From Lachnospiraceae bacterium (GTDB taxonomy: Bacteria > Bacillota > Clostridia > Lachnospirales > Lachnospiraceae): DNA of 64,000 bases. The notes beneath the pieces were generated by a model, which made no database searches, was not told where the DNA came from, and was given only the letters and a program-made list of their open reading frames with translations. Shown here one piece after another: positions 19,140-28,791 of this stretch; position 1 is the stretch's first letter; every line of letters starts with the position of its first letter. Both the position numbers and the translations under genes were made by a program. The DNA lies in assembly GCA_022769625.1 (NCBI GenBank), contig JALEJP010000055.1, positions 4,701-68,700 on the forward strand, written 5' to 3'.

Positions 19140-20066
19140 TCAAGCAGGAGGCAGGGACTCCAAATCTCTTTTTTTGCGCCCGATACAAACCTTCCCTTCG
19201 GCAATGAAAAACGACAGCATCATCACCGCAGCACCCACCGCAAAACGCGCCCCCGGGCGTTCGCCCAGGACCAGCACGGAAAGCATACAGCCAAACACAC
19301 TCTCAAAGGAGAGAATAATTCCGCTGGTGGAAGTCCGCACGTACTTTTGCCCGTACACACTGAGAAGGTAGGGTACAATCGTGGAACATACCGCAAGATA
19401 GGCGATTCCGCCAAAAGCGGACAAATCCATCCCTTCCGGCATGGGACCAAAGGCCAGGGCAAACACAAGCCCCAGAACGCCGCCTGTACCGATCTGAACC
19501 ATATTTAACAGCATGCCGTCCTGATCTTTTACACAAATTCCGGTGACCACAATGTGGACGGCATAACAGACTGCTGAAAACAGAGAGATCACATCTCCTT
19601 TATTTACACCATCAAAGCTTCCAAACAGGATCAGTGTAAGCCCTGCCATGCATACAAAGGCTGCCTCGATATCCTCCCGGCGCGGCATCTTTTTTTTGAT
19701 CACCCGGTAAACGAGAGGGAGAATCACAATATAGGAAGCCAGAATAAAGGAAGATTTGGATGCGGTGGTATACTGCAGTCCAACCGTAAAGAACCAGAAT
19801 TCAAAATAGAGGATCACCCCCATCCATACCCCGCTTTGTAAGGTTTTCCAGGTCATTTTTTTCATCCGCGGTATGCAGATCAGGATCATCAAAGCCCCCG
19901 CAAAAAGAAACCGGAAGGCCAGAAGCCAGACCGGAGGCAATACATCCAGCGTATCTTTCAGCACACAGTAGGCAGTTCCCCAGGTAAATGCCGCCAAAAA
20001 CAGAGCTGCCACGGCTGTTTTTCTCCGGTATACCGCCCCTTTTTCAAATGCATATTTTTTCTCCAT
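19140..20066 (-). CDS. DMT superfamily transporter (EamA repeats)
   Basis: About 10 TM helices with two EamA-like halves. ATG at 20066 (MEKKYAFEKG) has GAGGAG upstream and overlaps the end of the paralog upstream. Confidence 0.8.
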   Translation of the reverse strand: MEKKYAFEKGAVYRRKTAVAALFLAAFTWGTAYCVLKDTLDVLPPVWLLAFRFLFAGALMILICIPRMKKMTWKTLQSGVWMGVILYFEFWFFTVGLQYTTASKSSFILASYIVILPLVYRVIKKKMPRREDIEAAFVCMAGLTLILFGSFDGVNKGDVISLFSAVCYAVHIVVTGICVKDQDGMLLNMVQIGTGGVLGLVFALAFGPMPEGMDLSAFGGIAYLAVCSTIVPYLLSVYGQKYVRTSTSGIILSFESVFGCMLSVLVLGERPGARFAVGAAVMMLSFFIAEGKVCIGRKKRDLESLPPA

Positions 20067-20973
20067 CTCTGTGCTCCTCTTCTGAATGATTCTTTGTTTT
20101 TTCTTTCTTCTCTGAAAGCGCCAGTCCCGCAAAGGTCAGCACCGTGCCGATGGCTCCGGCTGTAGTGATGCGCTCTCCCAGAATGAGATAGGCACCGATC
20201 AGCGTTGTCACCGGGTTCAGATAGATATACACACTGCTTTTCACCGCTCCAAGTGCTTCCACCGCATAATTCCATGCCGCAAAGCACAGGGCGGAAGCAC
20301 CGATTCCAAGAAACAGCAGATTGCCGAAATTCACCGGCTGGAAAATCCGGTCAAAATGTTTCAGATCTCCCGTTCCAAGGAACATCGGTATCATAAACAC
20401 CACACCCCAGAAAAAGATCCTTCTGGTGACAGCCAGGGTATTTCGCTGATAAGCTGAAATCTTCCGCAGAACCACAGAATAGATTCCCCACCAGAAAGCA
20501 GCTGTAACTGCAAGGAAATCACCTTTGGGATTCAGCTCCACCGACTCACCGCCCTGAAAGCTGATCAGCACAATTCCCGCCATGGCACAGACAAATCCCG
20601 CAAAAAATCTGGCGCCAATTTTTTCCTCCTTCAGGAAAATGGCGGCCAGAATCACCGTAAACAGCGGTGCGCTGGAAACGATCACACCCACATTGGAAGC
20701 AAGCGTATACACCAGAGCCTGATTTTCCAGAAAATAATAGAGGGTAACCCCGGAAAGCCCCGCAAGAAGATACCATCGCTCCTCTTTCCATCCCTCTGCC
20801 CGGATTCGCTTCCGGCACAAAAGCACCAATACCAGATACCCCAGCACAAACCGGATAAACAGAATCTCTGCCGTTGCAAAGCTTCTGAGCAATATTTTTG
20901 ATGAAATAAATGTCGTCCCCCACACAAGCACCGCCATCAGTGCCAGAAGATGTCCCTTTCCTGTCTTACTCAT
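20044..20973 (-). CDS. DMT superfamily transporter (EamA repeats), tandem paralog
   Basis: LLALMAVLVWGTTFISSK... EamA signature. ATG at 20973 lies 5 nt after GGGAGGAAGG. Confidence 0.8.
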   Translation of the reverse strand: MSKTGKGHLLALMAVLVWGTTFISSKILLRSFATAEILFIRFVLGYLVLVLLCRKRIRAEGWKEERWYLLAGLSGVTLYYFLENQALVYTLASNVGVIVSSAPLFTVILAAIFLKEEKIGARFFAGFVCAMAGIVLISFQGGESVELNPKGDFLAVTAAFWWGIYSVVLRKISAYQRNTLAVTRRIFFWGVVFMIPMFLGTGDLKHFDRIFQPVNFGNLLFLGIGASALCFAAWNYAVEALGAVKSSVYIYLNPVTTLIGAYLILGERITTAGAIGTVLTFAGLALSEKKEKTKNHSEEEHRDGEKICI

Positions 20974-21150
20974 ACCTTCCTCCCAGGAGGCTGCGATGCG
21001 TGCAGCACTATCCTGCTTCTCCATTTATAATCTGCCGGAGAGTATACCATATTTTCCCGTGAATGACAATGAAAAAACTGCCGCAGAAAAATCCGGCGTT
21101 TCCCAATGCCAAATCCTTCTGCGGCAGTCCATAAACTACTTATTTTTGAC

Positions 21151-21324
21151 TCAGATAAACTGATTGGTCTTCTCATCATAATGATAATCGATACGGTCCA
21201 TCTGTTCCAACAGCTTTTTCCGGTTCAGCCCGCGGCAGGTACAGAGTGCTTCCAGAGACTCATAATAGTCACGAAGCTGCGTATTGACGTAACTCAACAA
21301 GATCATGGGATCCTTTGGTATCAT
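21151..21324 (-). CDS. DUF4250 domain-containing small protein (57 aa; not in the ORF track)
   Basis: Hand translation gives MIPKDPMILLSYVNTQLRDYYESLEALCTCRGLNRKKLLEQMDRIDYHYDEKTNQFI. RBS GAGAGGGA lies upstream. It resembles the DUF4250 family as I remember it. Confidence 0.7.
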   Translation of the reverse strand: MIPKDPMILLSYVNTQLRDYYESLEALCTCRGLNRKKLLEQMDRIDYHYDEKTNQFI

Positions 21325-21353
21325 ATTTTCCCTCTCTTCCGTGTGATAGTCGG

Positions 21354-23945
21354 TTACTCAATCTGCATGGCCTCCGCCGTCAGCTCTCCATCCTTCCGGT
21401 CAATCACAATGGTGTCCTCCGCGCGCACGCTACCGGAAAGAATGAGTCTGGCAGCCAGTGTCTCCACGTTTTTCTGCAGGAATCGCTTCAGCGGTCTTGC
21501 ACCGTAGATTGGATCGTAACCACCCTCTATAATATAGCTTTTTGCAGCATCCGTCAACTGCAGCGTGATTTCCTGGGTGGAAAGCCTGCGGTTTAAATCT
21601 GCCATCATAAGCTCAACGATATAGCCGATGTTTTCCTTCGTCAGCGGCTTAAACATGATGATCTCATCCAGCCTGTTCAGAAACTCCGGGCGGAAATGGG
21701 CACGCAGATCGTTCATGACAAGATCCTGGCTTTCCTGGCGGATCGTACCGTCTTCCTCGATACCATCCAGAAGATAGGAGGAACCAATGTTGGATGTCAT
21801 GATCAGGATCGTGTTTTTGAAATCTACCGTTCTGCCCTGAGAGTCGGTGATACGCCCGTCATCCAGAACCTGCAGAAGCACATTGAATACATCCGGGTGA
21901 GCCTTCTCGATCTCATCAAACAATACAACAGAATAGGGTTTTCTGCGCACGGCCTCGGTCAGCTGTCCGCCCTCCTCATATCCTACATATCCCGGAGGTG
22001 CTCCGATCAGCCTGGACACGGAATATTTCTCCATGTACTCACTCATATCGATACGCACCATATTCTGTTCGTCATCAAACATGCACTGTGCAAGTGCCTT
22101 GGCCAGCTCCGTCTTGCCCACACCGGTAGGACCCAGGAACAAAAAGGAACCGATCGGTTTTGTGGGATCTTTGATGCCTGCTTTGGAACGGATAATCGCA
22201 TCCGTCACCTTGTTTACCCCGTCATCCTGACCAATGACACGTTTGTGCAGTTCTTCATCCAGATGCAGAATCTTTGTACGTTCCCCTTCCGTCAGCTTTG
22301 CAACCGGAATACCCGTCCACCGGGAGATGATCCTTGCGATCTCTTCATCCGTCACACGGTCATGTACCAGAGACAGGTCTCTGTTTTTAACCTTGTCTTC
22401 CTCAATCGCCAGCTGCTGTTTTAACCTTGGAAGTTCCCCGTACTGCAGCTCTGCTGCCCGGTTCAGATCATAATTGCGCTGTGCCTTCTCGATCTCCTTG
22501 TTCATGTTCTCAATCTGCTCACGCAGCAGAGAAAGCTTCTCCACAGACTGTTTTTCGTTATCCCACTGTGCCTTCTTTCCGGTGAATTCCTCACGCAGCT
22601 CGGCAAGTTCTCTCTGCAGAGCCTCCAGACGGTCTGCGCTGAGCTTATCGGTCTCTTTCTTCAATGCCGCCTCTTCGATTTCCATCTGCATGATCTTTCT
22701 CTGAAGCTCATCCAGCTCGGTCGGCATGGAGTCCAGCTCGGTCTTGATCAGTGCACACGCTTCATCCACCAGGTCAATGGCTTTATCCGGCAGGAAACGG
22801 TCAGAAATATAACGGTGTGAGAGAGTGGCTGCTGCAACCAGAGCTCCGTCTGTAATCTTCACGCCGTGGTAAACCTCATAGCGCTCCTTCAGCCCACGCA
22901 GGATGGAAATCGTATCCTCCACGCTTGGCTCATCCACGGTTACCGGCTGGAAACGCCGTTCCAGGGCAGCATCTTTCTCAATATACTGACGGTACTCATC
23001 CAGCGTAGTGGCACCGATACAGTGCAGCTCTCCTCTTGCCAGCATCGGCTTTAACATATTGCCCGCATCCATGGCTCCGTCTGTCTTTCCGGCGCCCACG
23101 ATCAGGTGCAGCTCATCGATAAACAGGATGATCTGTCCGTCACTCTTTTTCACTTCCTCCAGGACCGCTTTTAAACGCTCCTCAAATTCACCCCGGTATT
23201 TGGCACCGGCCACAAGAGCACCCATATCCAGCGCAAATATCTTTTTGTCTTTCAGTCCCTCCGGTACATCCCCGCGCACAATACGCTGGGCAAGTCCTTC
23301 CACGGCTGCCGTTTTACCAACACCAGGTTCCCCGATCAGCACCGGATTGTTTTTCGTCTTACGTGATAGAATGCGGATCACATTACGTATCTCCGCATCA
23401 CGCCCGATGACCGGATCCATTTTCTGATTTCTGGCTTTTTCCACCAGATCCTCACCGTACTTGTTCAGTGTATCATACGTGGCCTCCGGATTGTCTGAGG
23501 TCACTCGCTGATTGCCTCTGACGGTGGAGAGAGCCTGCAGAAAACGTTCCCTTGTAATACCAAACTCCTGAAACAGCTGTTTGATGGCGGGATTCGGGTT
23601 TTTTATCATGGAAAGAAACAAATGCTCCACGGAGACATACTCATCCCCCATGGCCTTTGCCTCATCCTCTGCGCTTACCAGCACTTTATTTAAATACTGT
23701 CCAATGTAAATCTGGCCTCCGGATACCTTTGTTCTTTTATCCAGGGCTGTTTCCACTGCATTTAAAAAATAATTTTTATCAATCTCCATCTTCTCAATCA
23801 TCTTGAGAATCAGGCTGTCCTCCTGTGTCAGAAGACTGTACAGCAGATGCTCCTGCTCTACCTCCTGATTGCCGTACTCATATGCAATCTTTTCCAGATT
23901 GTTAACTGCCTGAAGAGATTTCTGTGTAAATTTGTTAATGTTCAT
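21354..23945 (-). CDS. clpB: ATP-dependent chaperone ClpB
   Basis: Clp N domain, two AAA+ modules ([18 protein letters not shown]) and a long coiled-coil middle domain. ATG at 23945 follows GGGAGGTG. Confidence 0.93.
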   Translation of the reverse strand: MNINKFTQKSLQAVNNLEKIAYEYGNQEVEQEHLLYSLLTQEDSLILKMIEKMEIDKNYFLNAVETALDKRTKVSGGQIYIGQYLNKVLVSAEDEAKAMGDEYVSVEHLFLSMIKNPNPAIKQLFQEFGITRERFLQALSTVRGNQRVTSDNPEATYDTLNKYGEDLVEKARNQKMDPVIGRDAEIRNVIRILSRKTKNNPVLIGEPGVGKTAAVEGLAQRIVRGDVPEGLKDKKIFALDMGALVAGAKYRGEFEERLKAVLEEVKKSDGQIILFIDELHLIVGAGKTDGAMDAGNMLKPMLARGELHCIGATTLDEYRQYIEKDAALERRFQPVTVDEPSVEDTISILRGLKERYEVYHGVKITDGALVAAATLSHRYISDRFLPDKAIDLVDEACALIKTELDSMPTELDELQRKIMQMEIEEAALKKETDKLSADRLEALQRELAELREEFTGKKAQWDNEKQSVEKLSLLREQIENMNKEIEKAQRNYDLNRAAELQYGELPRLKQQLAIEEDKVKNRDLSLVHDRVTDEEIARIISRWTGIPVAKLTEGERTKILHLDEELHKRVIGQDDGVNKVTDAIIRSKAGIKDPTKPIGSFLFLGPTGVGKTELAKALAQCMFDDEQNMVRIDMSEYMEKYSVSRLIGAPPGYVGYEEGGQLTEAVRRKPYSVVLFDEIEKAHPDVFNVLLQVLDDGRITDSQGRTVDFKNTILIMTSNIGSSYLLDGIEEDGTIRQESQDLVMNDLRAHFRPEFLNRLDEIIMFKPLTKENIGYIVELMMADLNRRLSTQEITLQLTDAAKSYIIEGGYDPIYGARPLKRFLQKNVETLAARLILSGSVRAEDTIVIDRKDGELTAEAMQIE

Positions 23946-24044
23946 ATCAACACCTCCCACACACATGTCGTGTCAACCATGGGTATCACAGTATGGATCC
24001 TCAAAAAATCCACACCGCAACAGGGTTTCTCCTGTTCTATCGGA

Positions 24045-24073
24045 ACTATAACACTATTTGTTAGCAATGTCAA
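24045..24073 (-). promoter_or_regulatory. clpB promoter (TTGACA-17-TATAGT)
   Basis: On the minus strand, TTGACA is the complement of 24068-24073 and TATAGT the complement of 24045-24050, with exact 17-nt spacing. It lies about 100 nt upstream of the clpB ATG. Confidence 0.7.
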
Positions 24074-24087
24074 GAGGTGAGTGCTAA
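24061..24087 (-). promoter_or_regulatory. CIRCE-like HrcA operator overlapping the clpB -35
   Basis: TTAGCAatg-N9-GAGTGCTAA compared with consensus TTAGCACTC-N9-GAGTGCTAA: one arm is perfect and the other matches 6/9. Confidence 0.65.
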
Positions 24088-24111
24088 TTTTATGTGATTT
24101 TTTTCTGTCAC

Positions 24112-24987
24112 TCAGTCTTCTGGTATCATACCATATTTTATCTTGATCCGCTCCAGCTTCTCAATCATTGGCCTCCCGGCAAACCACAAAAAAAGAACGG
24201 TAGCCGATGCATGAACCAGATCAACCGGAAGTCCCGACATATAGATAGCCAGAAGATTTTTCCAGTTGATGGCATAGGACATCATAACAAGAGAAGCCGG
24301 ATTCATAATTCCCCCATAGATAAACACAGTCGCCAGAAACCCAAAGACGCACAGAGAAATCCTTCCGGCCTTAAGCCATCCTTTCTGGAACAGAATGCCC
24401 GCCAGAAAACCGATGATTCCCATGGCAAACATCTGCCAGGGTGTCCATGGACCCTGCCCGAAAAGCATATTGGAAGCAAGCATACTGACTGCTCCCACCA
24501 GAAATCCGGATTCTGCGCCAAAGCATACCGCAGCAATGATCACAACGGCTGCTACCGGTTTAAAACTTGGCACCATAAAAAATGCCGCCCTTCCCGCCAC
24601 TGCAATGGCAGCCAGAACCGCGATGACTAAAAGCTCTCTTGCCTGGGGCTTTCGTCCTTCAAAGATCATAAAAAAAGGACAGACCGAATAAAGGGCGATT
24701 GCCATACTGATTACCAGATATTTTCTGTCTTTAAAAAGTGTAATTCCAATCAGGATCGTGACGGGAATCAGAAAAAGTATAAGAAAAACAGCTGCCCGTG
24801 TGCGTGCCGGAAGTCTTCCTTTCCTTTTTGGAACAGCCATCACCTCCGGATACTCCATCCACGATTCTTTCTCCTGAACTGCCGTCTGCGGCTCATCCTT
24901 CCAGAAATCCGGATCCACCGGAAGTCCCTCCCCTTTTCCGTCAAAAAACGCATCCAGAAAAAGCTCCAGATTATCCTTTTGCAGCAT
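24112..24987 (-). CDS. ECF transporter S (substrate-capture) component with a ~65-aa cytoplasmic N-terminal extension; corrinoid specificity inferred
   Basis: Six hydrophobic helices and a GQGPWTPWQMF motif. It is the last gene of the riboswitch-controlled operon and overlaps ecfA by 17 nt. GGGAGG lies 8 nt before the ATG at 24987. Confidence 0.75.
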   Translation of the reverse strand: MLQKDNLELFLDAFFDGKGEGLPVDPDFWKDEPQTAVQEKESWMEYPEVMAVPKRKGRLPARTRAAVFLILFLIPVTILIGITLFKDRKYLVISMAIALYSVCPFFMIFEGRKPQARELLVIAVLAAIAVAGRAAFFMVPSFKPVAAVVIIAAVCFGAESGFLVGAVSMLASNMLFGQGPWTPWQMFAMGIIGFLAGILFQKGWLKAGRISLCVFGFLATVFIYGGIMNPASLVMMSYAINWKNLLAIYMSGLPVDLVHASATVLFLWFAGRPMIEKLERIKIKYGMIPED

Positions 24988-26719
24988 CCCCATCACCTCC
25001 CGGAACTTTGCTGTTCGTTAATTCCTCAATCACATCATCCACAGTCACCGCATTGGGATAATATCTGCGTGCCATCCGATTGGCAGCTGTGGTGTAAAAA
25101 CTGTTCCCGGCAAAGAAATCTCCGGAAGCCTTGCAGGTAACGACATTCCCCTGAAAAAAAAGCCCGGTCCGGTCTGCATACTGAGCGCAGAATTCTACAT
25201 CGTGAGAAATCATCAGGACGGTGATCCCCCTCCTGGTCAGTGTCTTTAATATCTCACCCAGCTCTTTTTTAAAATGGTTGTCCATGCCCTTGGTCGGCTC
25301 ATCCATCAGAAGAATTCTTGGCCGAAGAAGTAATATTTTTGCCAGTGCCAGACGCTGCTGTTCCCCGCCGCTTAAATCATAAGGGTGACGGTCCATCAGA
25401 TCTTCCAGCCTGGTAAGTGCCGCAATTCCTGCCACGGCATCTCTTTTTTTCATGTCAATTTGATAGGCGCGGCTCTTTTTCTCCCTCTTTCCATCGATCA
25501 TTTCATACAGATCATCACGGACTGTTTTTTTCACAAAAAGACTTTGGGGATTCTGTGGGAGAACACCCAGGAATCCATGGTACAGTTCATCGTCGGAATA
25601 TTTGTTGATTTCTCTTCCTTCCAGCCATATCTTTCCCCGGTAAGGATAGCGAATCCGGGCAATCAGACTCATAGTGGTACTTTTTCCGGTCCCATTTCCA
25701 CCTACCAGAGCAAAAATCTCACCTTTTTCCACATCCAGAGACAGACCTTTCACCACATCCGGGGATTCCTTTTCATACCGGAACCAGACATCTCTCATCC
25801 GGATTGCCGGTACTCTTTTTTCTTCCGGCTTTCTTTTTGCCCTTGTTTTCTGGCTTTCTTCTTTTTCTGTCTTTGGAGACAGATTTCTCTGTTTCATCTC
25901 CTCCATAAGCCATCTTCTTCCCCTGCTGACCGTAAGAGGGCATTCCAGACTGCTTCCTGCTCCTGCATAAATCTGCATGGGCGTTGGCATGGAAAGAAAC
26001 ATGTCATGATTCCTGTTTTTGAGTTCCTTTCCGATTTCCTGCGGTGTTCCACGTGCAATGATCTCTCCCTGATCCATCACATATACCCGATCTGCCCATG
26101 GAAGCACATCCTCCAGACGATGTTCCGTCAGAATTACGGTAGTTCCCACATCCCGGTTGATCTTTCGCACGGTTTCCAGAAAATCAGAGGCGGCAATGGG
26201 ATCCAGCTGAGAAGTGGGCTCATCCAGAATCAGAAGATCGGGATGCATCGCCATGACTGATGCCAGATTCAGTAACTGCTTCTGCCCTCCTGATAATTCA
26301 CTGACCTTTTTCATAAACCATTCATGAATTCCAAAATAAGAAGCCATTTCTGCCACTCTCAGACGTATGGTAGGCGTATCATATCCCAGACTTTCCAGTC
26401 CAAATGCCAGCTCGTGCCATACCTTATCTGTCACAATCTGATTGTCCGCATTCTGCAGCACATACCCGATCCCGGCACTCTGTGTCCGTTTGTCAAGCGA
26501 ATCCAGTTCTCTTCCCATATAGCGGATACAGCCCGTTTTATCACCGTTGGGCGCAAGCGAAGATTTCAGCTGTCTAAGCAGTGTACTTTTCCCACATCCG
26601 CTTTTACCGCAAAGAACAACAAAGCTTGCATCCTCCACTTCCAGATCAATGTTTTTCAGTATCCAGTTTTCACTGCCGGGATAGCGAAAACAGAATTTTT
26701 CCATTTCAATACAGTTCAT
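24971..26719 (-). CDS. fused ECF transporter ATPase (EcfA-EcfA', two ABC domains)
   Basis: 582 aa with two Walker A sites (GKSGCGKST, GGNGTGKST) and two signatures (LSGGQKQ, LSGGEQQ). Confidence 0.88.
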   Translation of the reverse strand: MNCIEMEKFCFRYPGSENWILKNIDLEVEDASFVVLCGKSGCGKSTLLRQLKSSLAPNGDKTGCIRYMGRELDSLDKRTQSAGIGYVLQNADNQIVTDKVWHELAFGLESLGYDTPTIRLRVAEMASYFGIHEWFMKKVSELSGGQKQLLNLASVMAMHPDLLILDEPTSQLDPIAASDFLETVRKINRDVGTTVILTEHRLEDVLPWADRVYVMDQGEIIARGTPQEIGKELKNRNHDMFLSMPTPMQIYAGAGSSLECPLTVSRGRRWLMEEMKQRNLSPKTEKEESQKTRAKRKPEEKRVPAIRMRDVWFRYEKESPDVVKGLSLDVEKGEIFALVGGNGTGKSTTMSLIARIRYPYRGKIWLEGREINKYSDDELYHGFLGVLPQNPQSLFVKKTVRDDLYEMIDGKREKKSRAYQIDMKKRDAVAGIAALTRLEDLMDRHPYDLSGGEQQRLALAKILLLRPRILLMDEPTKGMDNHFKKELGEILKTLTRRGITVLMISHDVEFCAQYADRTGLFFQGNVVTCKASGDFFAGNSFYTTAANRMARRYYPNAVTVDDVIEELTNSKVPGGDGDAAKG

Positions 26720-27686
26720 CTGCCTCTCCTTCCTTCTGCCGCACAGGATCCGTCATATACCATGGTATCTTTCTTTCCCGGTTGGCCCTGGCTTTCAGTC
26801 TGTAAAAAACGGCATCCTCCCAGACTCCAAACAAAAAGGGAAAAAAACAGATGACGCCCCATGCAAGGTAAACAAGTATACTGTGCGCAGTCAGCGGAAA
26901 ACCGCCGATGATGATCTTCGGATCATACTGTGCAAAAACATCTCCGGAAAAGAATCCTCCAAAACAAACTTCGGTAAGCGCCAGAAGAAGGGCGGAAAGG
27001 ATTCCGTCTCTTCGGTCAAAATGAAAAACGGAAAAAGCAGTCCTTCCTTTCAGACCGTATCCTCTGGCTGTCATGGAATCTGAGGTATCTATGGCATTTT
27101 CCAGTGCCCAGGTAACAAGTATGGAAAATAGTGTAATTCCATATTTTATTTTACGCAGAAAATGTGCATTACTCATATCCCGTCCCACCGCCTTCTGCCC
27201 ATTTCGTATCACCTTCAGCTGCTCTCCAAAGCGCGGCACAAAGCGAAATACCATGGAGAGCACCAGCGAAAGTGATGGGATGATCCGTCCAAACAGATAG
27301 ACAAATTTGTCCGTGGTCATCACCTCGTTGTAGCAGGAAAACCACAGAACTGCAATAAAAAGCATGGAAGACAGAACCACGCCATAGACAATTGCTTCCA
27401 GTGTAACCGGTCCTGTTTTGAGATAGAACAGCGTAGTCACTCCATAATGATTGAAGGCAGGATTAATCAGCGCAACCAGGATCATGGCCGGGAGCGTAAC
27501 CAGGATATTAAATTTTATCACCTTTCTCCAGCCTTTCAGCCGTATGGCATAGGCTGCTGCTCCCAGAAACGAAATGGCAAGCAGCACCGGATGACTGACG
27601 AACATCGTAAACAGCAGGACAATAAGAAAATACATCAGGTTCACCACAGGATGACATCCGGCAAAAGCATCCGTCTGTTTATTCAT
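26706..27686 (-). CDS. ecfT: energy-coupling factor transporter transmembrane protein EcfT
   Basis: CbiQ/EcfT-like polytopic protein with an ARG-type coupling motif (MTARGYGLKGR). ATG at 27686 overlaps the stop of the upstream gene. Confidence 0.82.
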   Translation of the reverse strand: MNKQTDAFAGCHPVVNLMYFLIVLLFTMFVSHPVLLAISFLGAAAYAIRLKGWRKVIKFNILVTLPAMILVALINPAFNHYGVTTLFYLKTGPVTLEAIVYGVVLSSMLFIAVLWFSCYNEVMTTDKFVYLFGRIIPSLSLVLSMVFRFVPRFGEQLKVIRNGQKAVGRDMSNAHFLRKIKYGITLFSILVTWALENAIDTSDSMTARGYGLKGRTAFSVFHFDRRDGILSALLLALTEVCFGGFFSGDVFAQYDPKIIIGGFPLTAHSILVYLAWGVICFFPFLFGVWEDAVFYRLKARANRERKIPWYMTDPVRQKEGEADELY

Positions 27687-28791
27687 AATACTGATCTCCC
27701 ACATCACGTCCCAGATCACAGGTATAGCGCCACTCGATCACATCGCCGTCACTTACTTCATATTTGGAACATCCATAATTCGGAAACCATCCATTCACCG
27801 AATACATCCAGCCGGAAAGCGAACCACAGTCAAACTCATACAGCTGATTGATTCCTTCCACATAATAAGAGCTGTATGCCGGTGTATAGCTTGCCTCCAT
27901 GTGAATATCCGCCTCACGGCATGCCCGGTAGAGTACATCATAGACCGTTTCTCCCGGTGTATAAGAAATTTCTGAGGCATACAGGATCCAGCCATCTGAT
28001 GGTACAAATTCTTCCTTGGATTTTTTGAGATCCTCCATATTATCCAGAATAGTGGAACATTCGATGGAGATGGTACAGGTATGTGTATCTGCGTTTTCCT
28101 GAGAAGAATCCTCTTCCTGTAACGCTGCCTCTTCTGTCCCGGCATCTGTACTTTCCCTGGCCCCGGTGTTTCCCCCCACCAGATAATAGGTATCTCCCAT
28201 CTCGGTAACCTGGAACGTCAGTTTTGTGGTATCTGTCTCAGTTTTTTCCATGGAAACATCACACATCTTTTCCGGTACGCCATCAACCAGTTTGCATAAA
28301 ATGACCAGATCTGCGTCCCACTTCTGCGGAAGCTCCAGTGTCAGCTTTGCGGGTGCAGCCAGATTTTCCTTTGCCAGAGTGACTCCAAGCCCAACCGAAG
28401 CACCATTTGCCGCCTGCTTCACATTCTCCACGTTATCGTCGGTAAAAATAACCTTCAGATTCTGTTCCACCGGATTCTGTATTTTTCTGCCCTCGTAACT
28501 CCAGTAATAGGCAATGTTCCTTGCTTCATCCTGTGAATAAAACTGATACGTCGCATCGGTTCCGGCAATTGCATTCATCTGCTCCCGGGTCACAATACCG
28601 CTTTCCGGCAGCTCCATTCTACCATCTGTAAACAGTTCATCCACGGAGAGCGTTTCCCCGGCCTCTGTTTTTTCTTCTGTCTGCCCGGACTTCTCCAGCT
28701 GTGTGATCTCACTGCTGTTTGTGGTACAGCCTGCAGTAAGCAGCAGGATGGTAAGCACCATCATCCCTATTCGGCTATAATTTCTTTTCAT
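27679..28791 (-). CDS. lipoprotein with a C-terminal DUF4430 (transcobalamin-like beta) domain
   Basis: Lipobox MKRNYSRIGMMVLTILLLTAG|C. The C-terminus GETVYDVLYRA...YVEGINQLYEF..SGWMYSVNGW...DGDVIEWRYT is canonical DUF4430. RBS AGGAGGAG lies before the ATG at 28791. Confidence 0.85.
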   Translation of the reverse strand: MKRNYSRIGMMVLTILLLTAGCTTNSSEITQLEKSGQTEEKTEAGETLSVDELFTDGRMELPESGIVTREQMNAIAGTDATYQFYSQDEARNIAYYWSYEGRKIQNPVEQNLKVIFTDDNVENVKQAANGASVGLGVTLAKENLAAPAKLTLELPQKWDADLVILCKLVDGVPEKMCDVSMEKTETDTTKLTFQVTEMGDTYYLVGGNTGARESTDAGTEEAALQEEDSSQENADTHTCTISIECSTILDNMEDLKKSKEEFVPSDGWILYASEISYTPGETVYDVLYRACREADIHMEASYTPAYSSYYVEGINQLYEFDCGSLSGWMYSVNGWFPNYGCSKYEVSDGDVIEWRYTCDLGRDVGDQYYE

